From positions 21,514,001 through 21,578,000 of the forward strand of contig CP158635.1 in NCBI GenBank assembly GCA_050273025.1: a DNA stretch of 64,000 bases, read 5' to 3'. A program made the translations under genes and the position numbers. The notes under the pieces were generated by a model. It was not told the DNA's origin. It ran no database searches and saw only the letters and a list, made by a program, of their open reading frames with translations. Source of the stretch: Cenococcum geophilum (Eukaryota). Below, one piece after another: positions 50,001 to 63,600 of this stretch; position 1 is the first letter of the stretch; every line of letters begins with the position of its first letter.

Positions 50001-53000
50001 ACTTCCTTAACCTTAATTGCTATTGCCTTTATCTATTATTAAAACTCTATAGATAAGAAGTTCTTTCCTATATTATAGACGATTTAATTAGGGGGTCTTA
50101 GGTAGATATCAATTTAGTATAATTAAAGGGTATCCTATACGTTCTTAGCTAATATATCCTTTAAGAATTATGCGGCTTAGGAGGAGGTTAAGAAGTTAAT
50201 AACTTAGAGTACTGGCTTGCCGCTAAGATATATAACGTTAATAATAATATAGAAGTTAAAGTTATAGTTATCTTTAAGGGTAAACTTAAATCGGCTAGGG
50301 GACTTTTAGTTCATTTAGTTGTAATAGCAGTACTTTATAAGATGCTTAATTGCCTTAACCTTAACTTTATAGCCTATTCGCTAAAGAACCCTAAGCAATT
50401 AATAAACGGATAGGTGGCTAAAATAATAATGTAGTTAACATAACTTTAACTTAGTTAGGTAGCTTTAAGTAATACTCTTTTCTAGTTAATAAAGGAGCAA
50501 CTAAGGGTAACCCTACTTACGCATAACGGGCACCCAATTATCTCCCTAAATAAGTATATCCTTAAGGTTATTAAGCTTAACGCCTAATTTGTTTATATCT
50601 TTAATGCAAAATAGAAATAGGGTGTTTATAGGAACGACGTAAAAGGTAATATACCCTAAGGGGGTTTAGACCCTAATTGTGCTAAAAAAGATCGCAGTAC
50701 CCTTACTAAAATAAATCGTATGTTAGCCTGCCGTTAAATAGTTAATCTAAACAGAGCTATTAAGCTGCTGAAGGGCTTAAACTTAAGGTTCTCCTACTGT
50801 AGATACTCCTACGGCTCTAGTATCTAGCATAATACTATAGAAGACGTTTGCTAAGTATCTATTATTAAAGGAGAATACGGAACTCTCCCTTAGCTTATTA
50901 AAGATATTTAACTTTATAGTAAAATGGAGCGTAGTAGATTAGTTATTAAGAATAGTAACGGTTTGTATACTATCTACCTTACTATACTTAGTAAAGTATT
51001 AGTTAGGTAAGTACTCCTCAATTTCTATATCTATAAGGAGCTATTCGGCCTTATTAACCTTACCCTTAAGATCTTCTACGCCTTTATATTAAATCAGGAA
51101 GCTTTAGAAGTAGGCCGTAGTAACCTCGCAATTTCTAATATTTCTTATACTCTGGCGAAACTTATTATATACCTCCTTTTGCTTATTAAGAGAATGCCTA
51201 GTTAACTAGCAATTTAGTTTCTTATAAACGTAGTACTTCTTCTAGCGATTACTTTAAAATAAACCTCCATAAGGACCTCCACCTTTGCCTTATAGTCGTT
51301 AATTATACCCTTTACTATATTACCTACTACGGCCACTATATATTCGATTAGTCCAGTTATAATTATATTAGTTAGGCGGGTCGATTAAAGTAGGTTAAAG
51401 TTAGGTGTTAAATTACTATACTTTTTAAAAGTGTAGAGCGGTGCTAATAGAAGATCTTAATTGGGTATATATACCTTTATAAGTATTTGCAGAATTAAAG
51501 AGAGTAAGGTTATATTCTTTAACGCCTTAGTATACGCTAATAACTTAATTATATAGGCTGAAATCCTCTTAATATAATTCGGATAAACTACGCTAAATTA
51601 TCTAAAGTTAATTAAAGAGCTTTTAAAGATAATTAAGCCGAGGGATACCTAGGTTTATAGTAATAATCCTTAGGAAGGTAGTCTCTCTCTATTCTAATAT
51701 ATACTACTACTTATTCTCTTCTATTTTAAAGTAGTATCTTAACTTATATATTATATGGTTAAAATTATATCCTTTTCCTGCTAAATAATTATAATAGAAG
51801 GTACTAGCTTGGCCCTTAAGCATAACGGAATAAGTATTGTAGTATTAATTAGACTCTATTCCCACCTTCTAGTAATAGTTATAAAAGATATATAGTTTCA
51901 AATTAAGAATATTATATAATTCCCTACTAAACTTCTTCTCCTAATTTAAATAGAGCTTCGTAAGCTCTGTAAGTAATTTTAAACTACCTCTAATTTAAGA
52001 TTAAGATAGAGGAGGTAGGGGTTGTATTGCAGGCTATAGTGGGGACGTAGGTTTAGTTGGTAGAGTCTAAAGGTTATTAAATCGCGAAGTAATAGGATCC
52101 TGTGCCTGCTCTTATTGGGGTATAGTATCCGACGTTAAGGTTATAGATTAAATTAAATATAGAGGAGTTAAAGGTGGAGGTAGGTTTATCTTTAGAGGTA
52201 TATTACTTAGGTTCTATTATAAGTTAAGCTTCCTTATAGTACGTAGTTGGTGCTTAATCTCTTATAGAGTCTATTTATACTCTTCTTTTGCGTTAATAAC
52301 CTACTCCTAAATATTGTCTCTAATAATACCCCCATCCTTAGGGACAAATACTCTATTTTTTTAAAGGAAGTTATGGAAGTCCTATATAATATCCTTATTT
52401 ATAGGGGCCTATGTTTCCTTTATCCATTTAATAAAGTCCTCCTTTATACATTCCTATAGCGCGGTATTATTATATTTACTATCCTTATAATATACTATAC
52501 AGTGTAATAAAAATCCATTTAAGTCTTGTTTATTAGCGTTTATAAGGTTAATTATAGCTTTATTCTATATCTTTAGGTTAATATCTTCCTTATACTTCTT
52601 TAGGTAGGTTAACGCTATAGTAGGTATAGAATTAACAGGGTGTTATACGTTAAAGGTAGGTAGGATTTTCGGTTTTATAGGATCTTATAGGTTTACTATT
52701 AAGAAGTAGGCAATTTAAGATGTTGTTTAACGCGTTTTAGACGTCGTTTAACGCGTTTTAGACGTTAACTTAGGACCTTAGGTTTAGTAATACTTCTAAC
52801 CTAAAGTACTTAACTAAATCTTCGTAAACGCGGTTGTTCTGCGTAATAAATATAACTTAGTATCTCCTAGTACTTAGTAATACTTCTATTACTAGTTTTT
52901 TACAAGTCTAAGGTAGTATAGTATCGCCGGGATCCATTCTATATAAGCGCATATAGCACCCCTATATAAGACTGTCTCTTCTATTTAAAAACCTAGCTGC

Positions 53001-53242
53001 TCTATAGTTGACTATATATTTAACCACTAATTAGTGTTAGTTATATAGGGTGACTCACCAATAACGACTACTTGAGTAGGGTTATAGTAATGTTAGTTAA
53101 TAAAGCTTTTTAATTAGAATGAGGAAGGGTAAGGAACTTAAGGCTCCTCGCTACGCTAGTACCGCGGCGACACGTGATGGCAACTTACCATCACGTGACG
53201 GCAGTTTGCCGTACGTAACGGCAACTTGCCTTATTCCCGACA
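47084..53242 (-). mobile_element. Copia (GalEa-like) LTR retrotransposon, second family, full length
   Basis: 208-bp LTRs at 47084-47291 and 53035-53242; TSD TAGAC at 47079-47083 and 53243-53247; purine tract next to the 3' LTR; CTAATTAGT after the 5' LTR. Confidence 0.94.
47685..52680 (-). pseudogene. gag-pol of the second GalEa-like family (ends approximate)
   Basis: Minus-strand motifs F(Y)(G)IML(D)T(G)A protease ~50820, SPSRFKFTLKD ~50290, KPLY(G)IAEAGTH(W) ~48770, VD.SF.NNKD RNase H ~48190. Confidence 0.86.
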
Positions 53243-53434
53243 TAGACAAACTATTTAAGTGCTCTTAAATCTTCTTTAGTTAACTTATTTCTAGCTTTAA
53301 TTCTATCTTATAGTCCTATTCTATATACTTTAACAGCTTCTTACTTTCTAGGCTCTATAGCTTTTTACTATACTTATAATATCTTTTTAGTATATAACCT
53401 ATTCCATTTTTAGTTTCTTTATATATTGCTTTAA

Positions 53435-53860
53435 TATTACGGACGCTTTAAGTACAATATTACGACTATTTAGAGAGGAGTTAAAAGAAGCTAGTTGGCT
53501 AATATAAGTACGGTCTAGGATAGAACCGATAGAGCTATATAACGAGGAATAGTAACTAAGGTTACGTAACGTGATCTATATAATCTGTAGGATCTATATA
53601 ATCCGTAATAGAGTAAATAGAGTATATATATATATTACGTATAAGAAGGATTTTATAGGAGTACGGTTATATATTTAAGGACCCTTAATCCCTACCTAGA
53701 TAGTTCCTTCCTTATAGTAATTCTTAGAATACAATTAGAGTTAATCTATTAGGCAACCACTCCACCAGTTATTATTACGTTGTTGACTTTAATTTGCATT
53801 ACCTATACACCTAGCCCAATAACGAGCCTATTGTAGTACTTGCTATAAGGTTCCGTTATA
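53435..53860 (+). mobile_element. Solo LTR of the G2 family, opposite orientation to host G1
   Basis: Reverse complement of the G2 LTR (TATTACGGACGC...GGTTCCGTTATA); TSD TTTAA at 53430-53434 and 53861-53865. Confidence 0.92.
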
Positions 53861-56160
53861 TTTAACCTAGTACTATATACCTTTTACGTTATTAAGTATT
53901 TCTAATATTAACCTAGCCTATAACCTAATTAATCTTTAGGTTATATTCTTATAACTAAGGTATACTTAATACTGCCTTATCCTATCTTAATAGTAGAATA
54001 TTAAAAGATATCTAGATTGGTCTTCCTTTAATAGTTATCTAAATTGGTCCTATTTTAAGGTTAATAATGCCTCCTCTATAGGCTATTAGATCTCCTAAAA
54101 TTATAACTAATAGGTAAGGGTGCTCCTTCTATTTATAAGGTAGTTCTATTCTTTTAACTGCTGTAGGTAAAATATGGTTCCTTATTACTCTACTATTTAT
54201 TAGCGCTTTAAACTACTAATTTTACTAATTAACTTATAGATTTAGGTATTATTCTTAAATTCCTTTAAGGGTCTAAGGCTTTATTACTAGCTCCCTTTAG
54301 TTCTATAAGCTTCTACTTTTCCTAACTATTAGCTATTAGATTCTATTTATACTTAGTTTACTTTTAGCTAATACCTAATTTACTTCTTTTCCTCTATATG
54401 CTATAGATACGTATTTTTTTAGATATTCCTACTACTATTATCCGTCTAAATATTTTTCCGTAAGAAATCTCCCTAGTTAAAGTATTAAGTTATCTAACTC
54501 CTATACTTTTACTAAATGCTAGCTAAGTATATACTTAATATTTCTATATTATTACTTATCTAGCGCCTAATATATCCTTATTAGGTACTTCCAATTTTTC
54601 TTTTTTAGGTTTTTGTATATATTGTATATATTATCTATATATATAATTTATAATAGCATATAATATATAGGGTGCTTTAGGTTAACTCTTAGCTTATCTT
54701 TATTTTTAAGTTTAAACCTCTATTTAGCTAGTTTAAATATTAGTTTATTACTTACTAGTACTAAGATCTATCTTTTATATCTCTAGCCCTTTAATTATTA
54801 TTCTAAAAATTTTAACGTTATAATTAATGTTTCTTTAATATAACTTATACGTCTTTCTATAATTGCTTAGTCTTAAATAACTCTTTTATTTAGCTATAGA
54901 TAAAAATCTTCCCATTTATTATTATATTACTGCCTATACTACTTTTAATATAACTCTATAAGCGTATACAATCTATCTATAAGAACGTATCTTATTATTG
55001 CTACGTTATAATAGCCTTTTATATACCGTTCTTTAAATCTAATTAGAACTCCTAGGTTCTCTTTTTACTCTAGTTCTTTAAGCTATTTTACTCTTAGCGT
55101 GCCTATTTTAGGCCTATTAGTCATTTTTTATATAAGCGCTCTATCCCTTAGTCTACTTAGTATCTTTAGTCTATAGTATCCTCTTTAATTCTATTACGCT
55201 TTAATTTATTTTCTAAATTCTTTCTAGTTTTCTTCTAGTTTGGGTCGGCCTATTAAATCCTCTAAATTCTTAAACTTTATAATTCTAGTGTTAATTGTTT
55301 AACTCTAAGCTCGCTTCTTTCTTAAGCTTTACTCCCGCCTTAGTCTATTTAGATTCTTTTAGTGTTTATTAATTAGCTTTTCTTACTACTTTATTTACCT
55401 AGCGGCCTAGCTCTTTAGCTATATCCTCTATTTCTTTAGGGATTAATACCTCCTTTAGGTTTAGGTTCTTTTACTATTTCTATAAAAGCTTTTTTTACGC
55501 TTTACTTATAGGGAATTTCCATTTTATACTTATTCGTTTATCTTTAAACCAAGCTACTACTCTACTCTATTAATTTTTGTCTATTATAAGTCGTTAAGTA
55601 TATCTTATTCTATTATAGGAGTCTTAAGTATCTTTATTTTATCTTAAGCATCTTAAGCCTTTAGCCTTTTGCCTTTATTAAGTGCTAAAGTAGCTTACTA
55701 TCTTACTTCTCTTATATTTTATAAAGTGATAGATATTATATCTAATAGAGTTTTAATCCCTATTGCTGATCCTTTCTTTTTAGTGGATTTAACCTCTACC
55801 TCTATTATTGCGTTTTTAAGGTTTATATGCTTCTAGTAAGCTACCTTTATTACCTTATTATTGCTACTAATAGTATAATTATTTTAATTCTTAGATTTTA
55901 TTGCTAAATAGAACTAGTACGCGAGAAACTTCTCCGCTAAGTACTAGCTTACTATACCGTCCTAGTCCTAATTTAGTTTATAGAGTTAATCTAGTTCTTT
56001 ATCTAACTCTTTTATACCTTAGAGTTTTCTTAACTTGGGCTTTTATAGCTAATAGCTTACGCTATACTTGGCGTCCTAATAAACTTAGTATATGTTATTA
56101 TAATAAAACGCGAAACTCTTAATTAAAAACTCCTTAGTTCCTTACAGTATATTATTGTCC

Positions 56161-56163
<3 letters not shown>

Positions 56164-56205
<42 letters not shown>
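56164..56205. repeat. (TA)n microsatellite, about 21 units, inside G1 gag
   Basis: Seen directly; the homologous G2 position (~28786-28798) has only about 6 units. Confidence 0.95.
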
Positions 56206-56209
<4 letters not shown>

Positions 56210-57309
56210 GCTAGTTTTATTCCCTTTACTATATAGTCACTCTAACTACCTTTATAGTCTTTAGCGAAATAACCCTATTTTCTATAGTTTATATAAGCCC
56301 CTTCCTTATTCTATTTTTCTTGCTATAAAGTCCGCCTAAACATTTTTTACTACTAAAATCTCTGGTTTAGCCTCTGCTTCTTAGACCTTTAATTACTTAA
56401 TCCTTATCCTCTAGGTTTCCATAGTCTTCTATTTTTATTTCCTTTAGTACCGCTTAGGTCTATTAGCTTTACGCTATACTATAGCCTAAATACTTACTGC
56501 TATATCTTCTTTATATATACCGGTCCTTACTACGTTCTATTTAACTTTTTACTTTAGTATAGCCGGTTATCTACTTTAATAGCCTACTTAATAAGCTCTT
56601 ATATGCTTAGGTCATCTATTAGTATTATAATTACCTAAACTTTAGCCTTTAGTCCCCTTCTATACTAAGCTATTAACGCCCCTTAGTTCTACTTAGTTTA
56701 CGCTACTAGTATCTAGAACTGCGTCATATAGTCTATTGCTAATCCTTTTTACGTAAGCTAATATATCTTTTCTTTAGCTATTACTATTAATTCCGGATCT
56801 CTATATATTTATATTAATCTATTAGTAAATCTATCCTAGCTTAAAAATATATACTATGCCTTTAAGTTAGTAGTTGCCAATCTATTAGCCTATATCTCTA
56901 TAATATAAGGTTTAAACTACTTTAGTAATCTACCTATTAAAAATAACTCTGCGTACGCAACCTAATCTAGAAACTATTTTAACTTCGTTCCCTTATACTA
57001 GATCTTTAATTTTATTTATATAAGGAATCCTTTTAGCTTATGCCTTTCTCCTAAGAATCTTTTAATTAATAGTATCTTAATCTTTTCTCTCTTTATATCT
57101 TATAGTTGCTAAAGTAGTACCTAATTATTAGCATTATTTTGCTCTATAATACTCCTAAGCTAGTTTATTATAACTACTACTAAGTTATTATTATATATGT
57201 TAGTATCTCCTCCTAATCCAAAAGTAGTTATTACTATAGATAGCGTTATAGTTACTAACTTAGGTAGTATATTGCTTAACTTCCTTTACTATAACCTTAG
57301 TAGTAAATA

Positions 57310-57730
57310 TATAATAGAGCCTTATAGGAAATACCACGGTGGACTTATTAATAGGCTAGGTATATAGGTAAATAAGAAGTTAATAACGTAATAATAACTG
57401 GTAGAGTAGTTGCCTAATAGGTTAACTCTAATTATATTCTAAGATTTACTACAAAGAAGAGAACTATCTAGGTAGGGACTGTAGTCCTTTAAATATATAA
57501 TACTGCGCCTAAAAAATGTACTAAGTATATTAGTACGTTAGTACGTTAGTACGTTACGTTCCTATATTCCTACGTTTCTATATTTTAAACTTATAACGTA
57601 ACTAACTATATAACTTGGCTACCCTTTATCCTATAGTTTAACTAGTTTTAGCACCTCCTATACTTCTATTACTAGTCCATTTATATCTCTTTTTAATAGT
57701 ACTACTACTACTAATATAAGGTCCGTAATA
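57310..57730 (-). repeat. LTR shared between G1 (as 5' LTR) and G3 (as 3' LTR)
   Basis: Primer-site/gag leader lies on its left, PPT CTATCCCCCTCCTC on its right; matches 6579-6672 + 19017-19141. Confidence 0.88.
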
Positions 57731-57837
57731 CTATCCCCCTCCTCTTTATCTTATTCTTAAAGATATTTCCTATCTCTAAGTTGTCTATTAGAGGTATAGC
57801 ATTCCCATCTTTAATTTAATAACCTTTATTATTCCTA

Positions 57838-58700
57838 ATGCCTCCTATTAGATCCTTTACGTCTAATTACTACAATTAGCTAGTAATATTTATTCTTTCT
57901 TTTAGTACAGTTATACCGTCCTGTTCTTATTATGCGGAGAAGAAGTTAGTATATATACTAAGTATACGTAAGCAAATATTTAATTATCCTATAATATTTA
58001 ATCCGTTTCTAACGCTAAATATATATATCTTATTAATCTTTATAACTGTCTAGTTCCTTATTTAATTTATCTTAGGGTCTTATATATTAGTAGCAGCTAA
58101 AAGACTAAAGAGTAAGCTGGCTAAGGTCCTTATTAAAGTTTAATATTATTTTAATAAGGCATTTTTAGGCTCCAAAAGCTTAACTAAATGCTTATACTTA
58201 TCTAAGCCGTCTAGTAAAGGTTTATAAAAAGGTACGCTTAAAAGAGTTACGTTTTATTAAATAAGGTCTCTCTAAGCTTAAGGCTAAAGAGGCTAAAAAG
58301 GATTCTAATTAAGATAAGGTAGAAACAACTAATATACCGGCGGTAGATCCCTTAGATAATCCGGCTCGTTTATTACTGTTGGTATCACCCGGGGGGTACT
58401 GCAATTGCAATATAAGGTAACTAGTTCTTGGTTTATTCGTGTTCTTTTTTTTGTCGTCTACTAAAAGAGAAAGAAAGGGGTAGTAAAGGTCGGGCTATCT
58501 ATTGGGCCGTAGGCAGTTAGGTGACCTGCGCTACGCATATAGCCCCTACCGCATACGCTCTACGCCATTTATCTACTAACAATATTTATAACTTCTACTC
58601 GTACAGACAATTACCTTTAACTAATCCTTTTATTTTTAGCTCCTTCTTAATATTACCTAACCCTTTTTCTTTTAATACTCCTGTACCTTTTTTATAGCGA
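57838..58700 (+). pseudogene. Antisense accessory ORF of G3, with an internal deletion and a solo-LTR insertion
   Basis: Retains an intact ATG (57838) MPPIRS... and the first Cys codon in PSCS; homologous to the G1 and G2 copies. Confidence 0.58.
58377..58609. mobile_element. Solo LTR (233 bp) of a family not otherwise seen in the window
   Basis: TGTTGG...CAGACA with TSD ATTAC at 58372-58376 and 58610-58614; absent from the homologous G1 position (~19805). Confidence 0.88.
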
Positions 58701-60377
58701 TTTTTAAGTTTTATAGTAGTTTTTAGGTAGTCTTATTATAGCCTATTTACTTAACCTTATACTATATTTTATTATTAACGTTCTTATAACTAATAATCTT
58801 TAAAACTTACTATTTTTTTTCTTACCCTCTATACATATCTACTTTATAAATTAGTGGCTTAATATTCCTATATACTGGCTCTAGTATTATAATATACTAT
58901 ATAGAGGGTAGATCTTTATTTTGGCTAGTAGGTTTAACTTAAATATAACCGGTAAAATCCTCTATATAATTTTAAAAGGTTTTAGCCTAACATAGTCTAA
59001 CTTCTTACTTAGTTATTAGCTCTTAAAATTTTTATATAATAGCTATATTTTATCTCCCTCCTTAAGATCTGGTCCCTTAAATGTCTTAGCATTATAGTAC
59101 CTTTTTATCTTTTTTTATACCGTTTTCGCTAATTCCATAAAGTTTATATAAATATTTATTAGTATATTTATCCTTTCTTTAGCTATACTACTTATTTTTT
59201 TTAATTTATTATAGTAACAACGATATTCTTAGCTTATATTTGTAATTTCCCCTAAATAGTAATACACCTATTCCTTTTTATAGTATTATATTATATATAA
59301 ACTATATAACTAGTAATAATAATACCTAATTATTCTATACGTAATTAATATAATATTTTAGATATTGTTTTAGTGTTTAATTTAATCTTTCTATCTAACC
59401 GTCTATTTGTAGGTAATGCGCTATTAATATTACTGCGTAAACCCCTTATTCCGCTAAAAAAAAATTTAAAAAACTGCTATAAATCTTAGATCTCTATCCA
59501 ATATAATTTTACTTAGTGCTCCATATCTTACAAATATTTCCTTAATATAAATTCTACTAACATCTTCTACAAAGATTTCTTTTATACATGCTATAAAGTA
59601 GCCCTATTTAGCTAACTTATCTACTATTATAAGGATTATATCGTGCTCCTATCCGGTAATAGGATTTTTTAACTTTAGTAACTTAACGATAAAGTCCTAT
59701 AATATAACCTCCTATAGTATTTTTAGTATTTTAATAGGTTGTAGCCCTCTATATGGCTTATACCTTATTAGTTTATTTCTTTAGCAATCTAAATACTCTT
59801 TTATTACTTTTCTAGTAATGCCTTAGATTCTATTAATAATATATTTCTCCTAAAGTCTTAATACTAAGCCTATTACTCCGTTATGTCCTTAGGTTATTCT
59901 CTTATAGAAATCTTCTATAAAATGCTCTGCGATGCTCCTTAGGATATACTTTACTTCTTGGTTTTCGTATATATTTATTTATAGATCTTTTAGCTATACT
60001 TTTAAAATTCTTTATACCTAAAAGCTTTCCGGTGTCTTATAGACTCTTCTTAGTTTATTATTCTTTTAAGTTACTACTAGTTTAGGGTAATTATATCTAA
60101 TTAATCTATCCGTGTCTCTATGTAGTATTGCTTCTAATAGTTTCTTATTATTTTATAGTTTAGCTTTTCTACTTAACGCGTCTACCCTTACGTTTTTAGT
60201 TCCTTTAGTATATTAAATCTTAAAATGGTATTCTATAAGCATCTCTACCTATTTAACTTACCTTTAATTATGTTCTTTTATTATTAGAAACCCCGTTAGG
60301 TTCTTATAGTCCGTTTTAACTATAAATAGTTTCTCTACGCCTTATAAGAATGCTCTCTATTTTTTAAGTACTATAAC

Positions 60378-60648
60378 TGTTCGTACTAACTTAATAGCAC
60401 GAGTGAGTCAGATCCAGGGGCACGAAATACGTGTAGTATCGTATGCTCTTTTGGATGATGGTGACTGTCGATTGTATGAAGCAGACTACGTGGTCTATAT
60501 ACTGATGCACCTCCCCCCTAATTAGTTAGTGCTTCATAAGTGCACCAGACGCGTAAGCGAGTGGTTGGTGCACTGAACGCGTAAACGCGTACCTGGTGTA
60601 CCGAACGCGTAAGCACGCGGTTGGTACAACAGGTGCTGTAATTATACA
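60378..60648 (-). repeat. 3' LTR (271 bp) of the third GalEa-like element
   Basis: Reverse complement of the 218-bp LTR plus extra ACGCGTAA-containing units. Confidence 0.9.
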
Positions 60649-63600
60649 CTGGCGGTACTTGAAAAATGAAACCACCTGTGTACAGCCTCCGTAATTGCTT
60701 TAATAAAACCATAAAACACAAAGGAAAATACATAGAAAATCTCCCCTGAGGTGCCTTCTGGGTTGCCTTCCAAATGGTGCTCCAAGCTGGCCGTAAGTCC
60801 TGCTTACGGTCCGTAAAATGAACTATACGGCCTTTTAACGGGCCGTAAATGCACCGTACGGCCTTCCGACGGGCTGTAACTGAACCGTAAATGCTCCGTT
60901 AGTCTCGCTCTACCCATTCTATAACCTTTAGGTTAAGCTTATTTATGTCAATTAGGGTTTTAAGAGCTTAACACGGCTTTGCCTTAGTTATGGCGTCCGC
61001 TAGGTTGTCTCCGCTGCTAATCCATTTAACCTCCGTAATCTTACGTCGTTCATAGGCCTAACGTAAGCACATTAGGTCGACTATGAGCCTTTTCTCTTAT
61101 ATTGTACCTAGCTTAACTAAGCAGTTATAGAGGGACTTTAAATCGGTATATAAGACCAGGGGTAACTGCTCCAGTTATAGGATCTTCTAGACTATTAATT
61201 TGATTGCGGCTGCTATATTAAAGCCATGGGCTAGTGCATATAGTTTAGAAGCTAGTATACTTTAGGTTACTCGTTTATACTTAATTAAAGACTAGTACAG
61301 TATATTTGCGTCCTAATTACAGTCTATAAGTATAATTACAAAGCCAATTTGCAATAATAGGTCCCTGTTATTAGCAAAGGAGGCGTCTATAAATACTAGT
61401 AGGCTAAGGGAATTTAGGTCTAGTGGTATAAAAGTAAGTCCTCTTATCGCGTTATTAATTTGCCATTAAATGCGCTTATTAAGCTGCTTAACATTTTCTT
61501 CTTACGGATCTACTACCTGGGCCGCAAAGGATAAGTTATAGGTAGATTTAGGTTAGCAGACTATAGAAATATAGGCGCCTCTTACGCGCTGTGCAGCGTA
61601 TTAGTTTTTTATATTTATAGTCTTACGGGTCTCTCCGCGGGAACTAGTAAGGTCCGTAAGCTTTACTATAATAAGCTTTAGGTTTTAAGCTTAGCGTTTT
61701 TAGGTTAGCTAGATTAAGTTACCCTTTTATATAATTAAGCCTCCGTTAAACTTAATTAGAGTTTGCTTAGTTAACTACTTTTATAGCTTTACTAAGAACT
61801 TTACCTTTTGTAGTTTAGTTTCTTTAGTATCCACAAAGGTTTGATCTGCTAGGAAGAGGGTATTATCTGTTTAGAGTCTAACAATACTAAGGCCGTTTAA
61901 TAGGCTGTATAGGAGGTAGGGGTTATAGGTCGACTGTTCCATTTTAAGTTTACTAACGTAGTGCTAGTAGTATATCTTAAACCAATAGTTTTTAGCTTTC
62001 GGTACTCCGTAAAGAGGTTTTATAACCCATAAAATTATTTCTAGTTATAGGTTAAGCTTATAGGGTGGTCGTATAAAGATATCTCTACTTAGGTAGGTAT
62101 TAGACTGCATATAGGCTTACAAGATATCCCGTAGGTAAAGGGCTACGGGTTTACTTTGCTATAGTCCGGGCATAAGTGTAAGTATAATCCGTTGGCTAAC
62201 TTATTAAATTATAGGCGATTATATAAGGACTAAGCCCTTCCCTTAGTCGTTATAGGCTTGTACAACAAGCCTTAATTTTTTTAAAAGCTTTGTCAGTACT
62301 AGGGTGCTTAATTTTATTAATAAAGTATAAATTAAATATACGGACGCCTTGCGGAACATCTCTCTCTATTATAACCGCAAAGACACCCTTTTTAAGTAGT
62401 CCGTCGATCTCTTTACGTCATAAGTCTATAAACGGGGTTTCCTATACTAAAACTAATATATCCATAGGCGGAGATTGCCTTACAGATATTCCTGCGGAGG
62501 TTAGGTAATTTTCTATTATAGTATTCTTGGTTACGGGGTGCTTTCAGGGGCGTCCTTAACCACGCTTTACGGTAGGTTTAGTAGGTTCAGTGGGTTTTTG
62601 GGGGACTTCTAGGGTAGGCAAGGGTACTTCCAGTTCGTCTAATTCGGCGGGTGCTTCCGGTTCGTCTAATTTAACAGGTGCTTCCAGTTCGTCTGGTTCG
62701 ACATTATAGGTGTTTTCGGGCCAAAAGTAGGGTTTTACGGACGTGCTTCTGAAGCTGGTTGGCCCGCTAAGAAGCTATACGTAGCACGTCTCGTTTTCTA
62801 CGGCCAGTAGACAATAAGGTCTATTCTAACTGCCGCTTTTACGCTATATAAGGACTTTAGAGTTAAGCAGAAGGTCGTATACTAGGGTTATATTAGGTCC
62901 GTTGCGGTAGTATAGGGCGTTATTAATAGCTTACTTAGCCCGTAGCTTAACTATTTCGGCTATTACCTTCCGTATTATAGCTGCTCGTTCCGTAATAGAC
63001 GGGGTAGGAGGGCCTAGGTTACTTATCCTTAGGTAGGCTCCATAAACTAAGAGGGTGGGTACTAGTCCGTTAGGGCCAGCGGTATCGTTTATAGCTTTTA
63101 TAGCCATCTATAAAGCTAGTTCCTTTTAAATATCCTTACACTTATCCATAATAATCTAATAAGCTCTCTATAAAGCTAGGTAAGCTTACTTAATAAGCCT
63201 AACGGACTAGTGCGCCTTAACTAGAACGGCTTTTGTTAAGATAGCCATGGCTATAGCGTACTATTGGAATTTTTTACTAATAAAGTTCCTACCAGCGTCG
63301 TGGGTAATATACTTAGGGGGTTTAACGTATGTATTAATCTAGCAGGTCCGTAAAATGTCCCAAGTATATTTTATAGATATATTTTACAACCAACGGGCGG
63401 CTTAATAGTGGGTTACCTCGTCGATTATATATAATACTGGACTGCCGTTAATATACATAATATCCACATATACTAAGTGGTTAAAGTTAAGGTCCTTATA
63501 AAGGGTAAACTTAAATCAGCCTAGGGAACGTCCGTATTTCTAGTAGAAGGAGCAGTATTTAGTTAGGTAATCAACTGCCTTCCTGTCAACATCGTTATGT

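Larger units (their letters stand above)
6579..57730 (-). mobile_element. Ty3/gypsy chromovirus G1, the oldest host element, fragmented by at least five insertions
   Basis: Pieces rejoin across TSDs and are collinear with intact sibling G2: 3' LTR 6579-6672 + 19017-19141 (left part missing), internal 19142-20779, 39765-39950, 45504-47083, 53243-53434, 53861-57309, 5' LTR 57310-57730. Confidence 0.85.
57310..60377 (-). mobile_element. Ty3/gypsy chromovirus G3, 3' part (PPT, antisense ORF, chromodomain, integrase, part of RNase H)
   Basis: Collinear with G1 19142-20779 and G2 22847-25280; cut at 60378 by a GalEa insertion. Confidence 0.88.
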
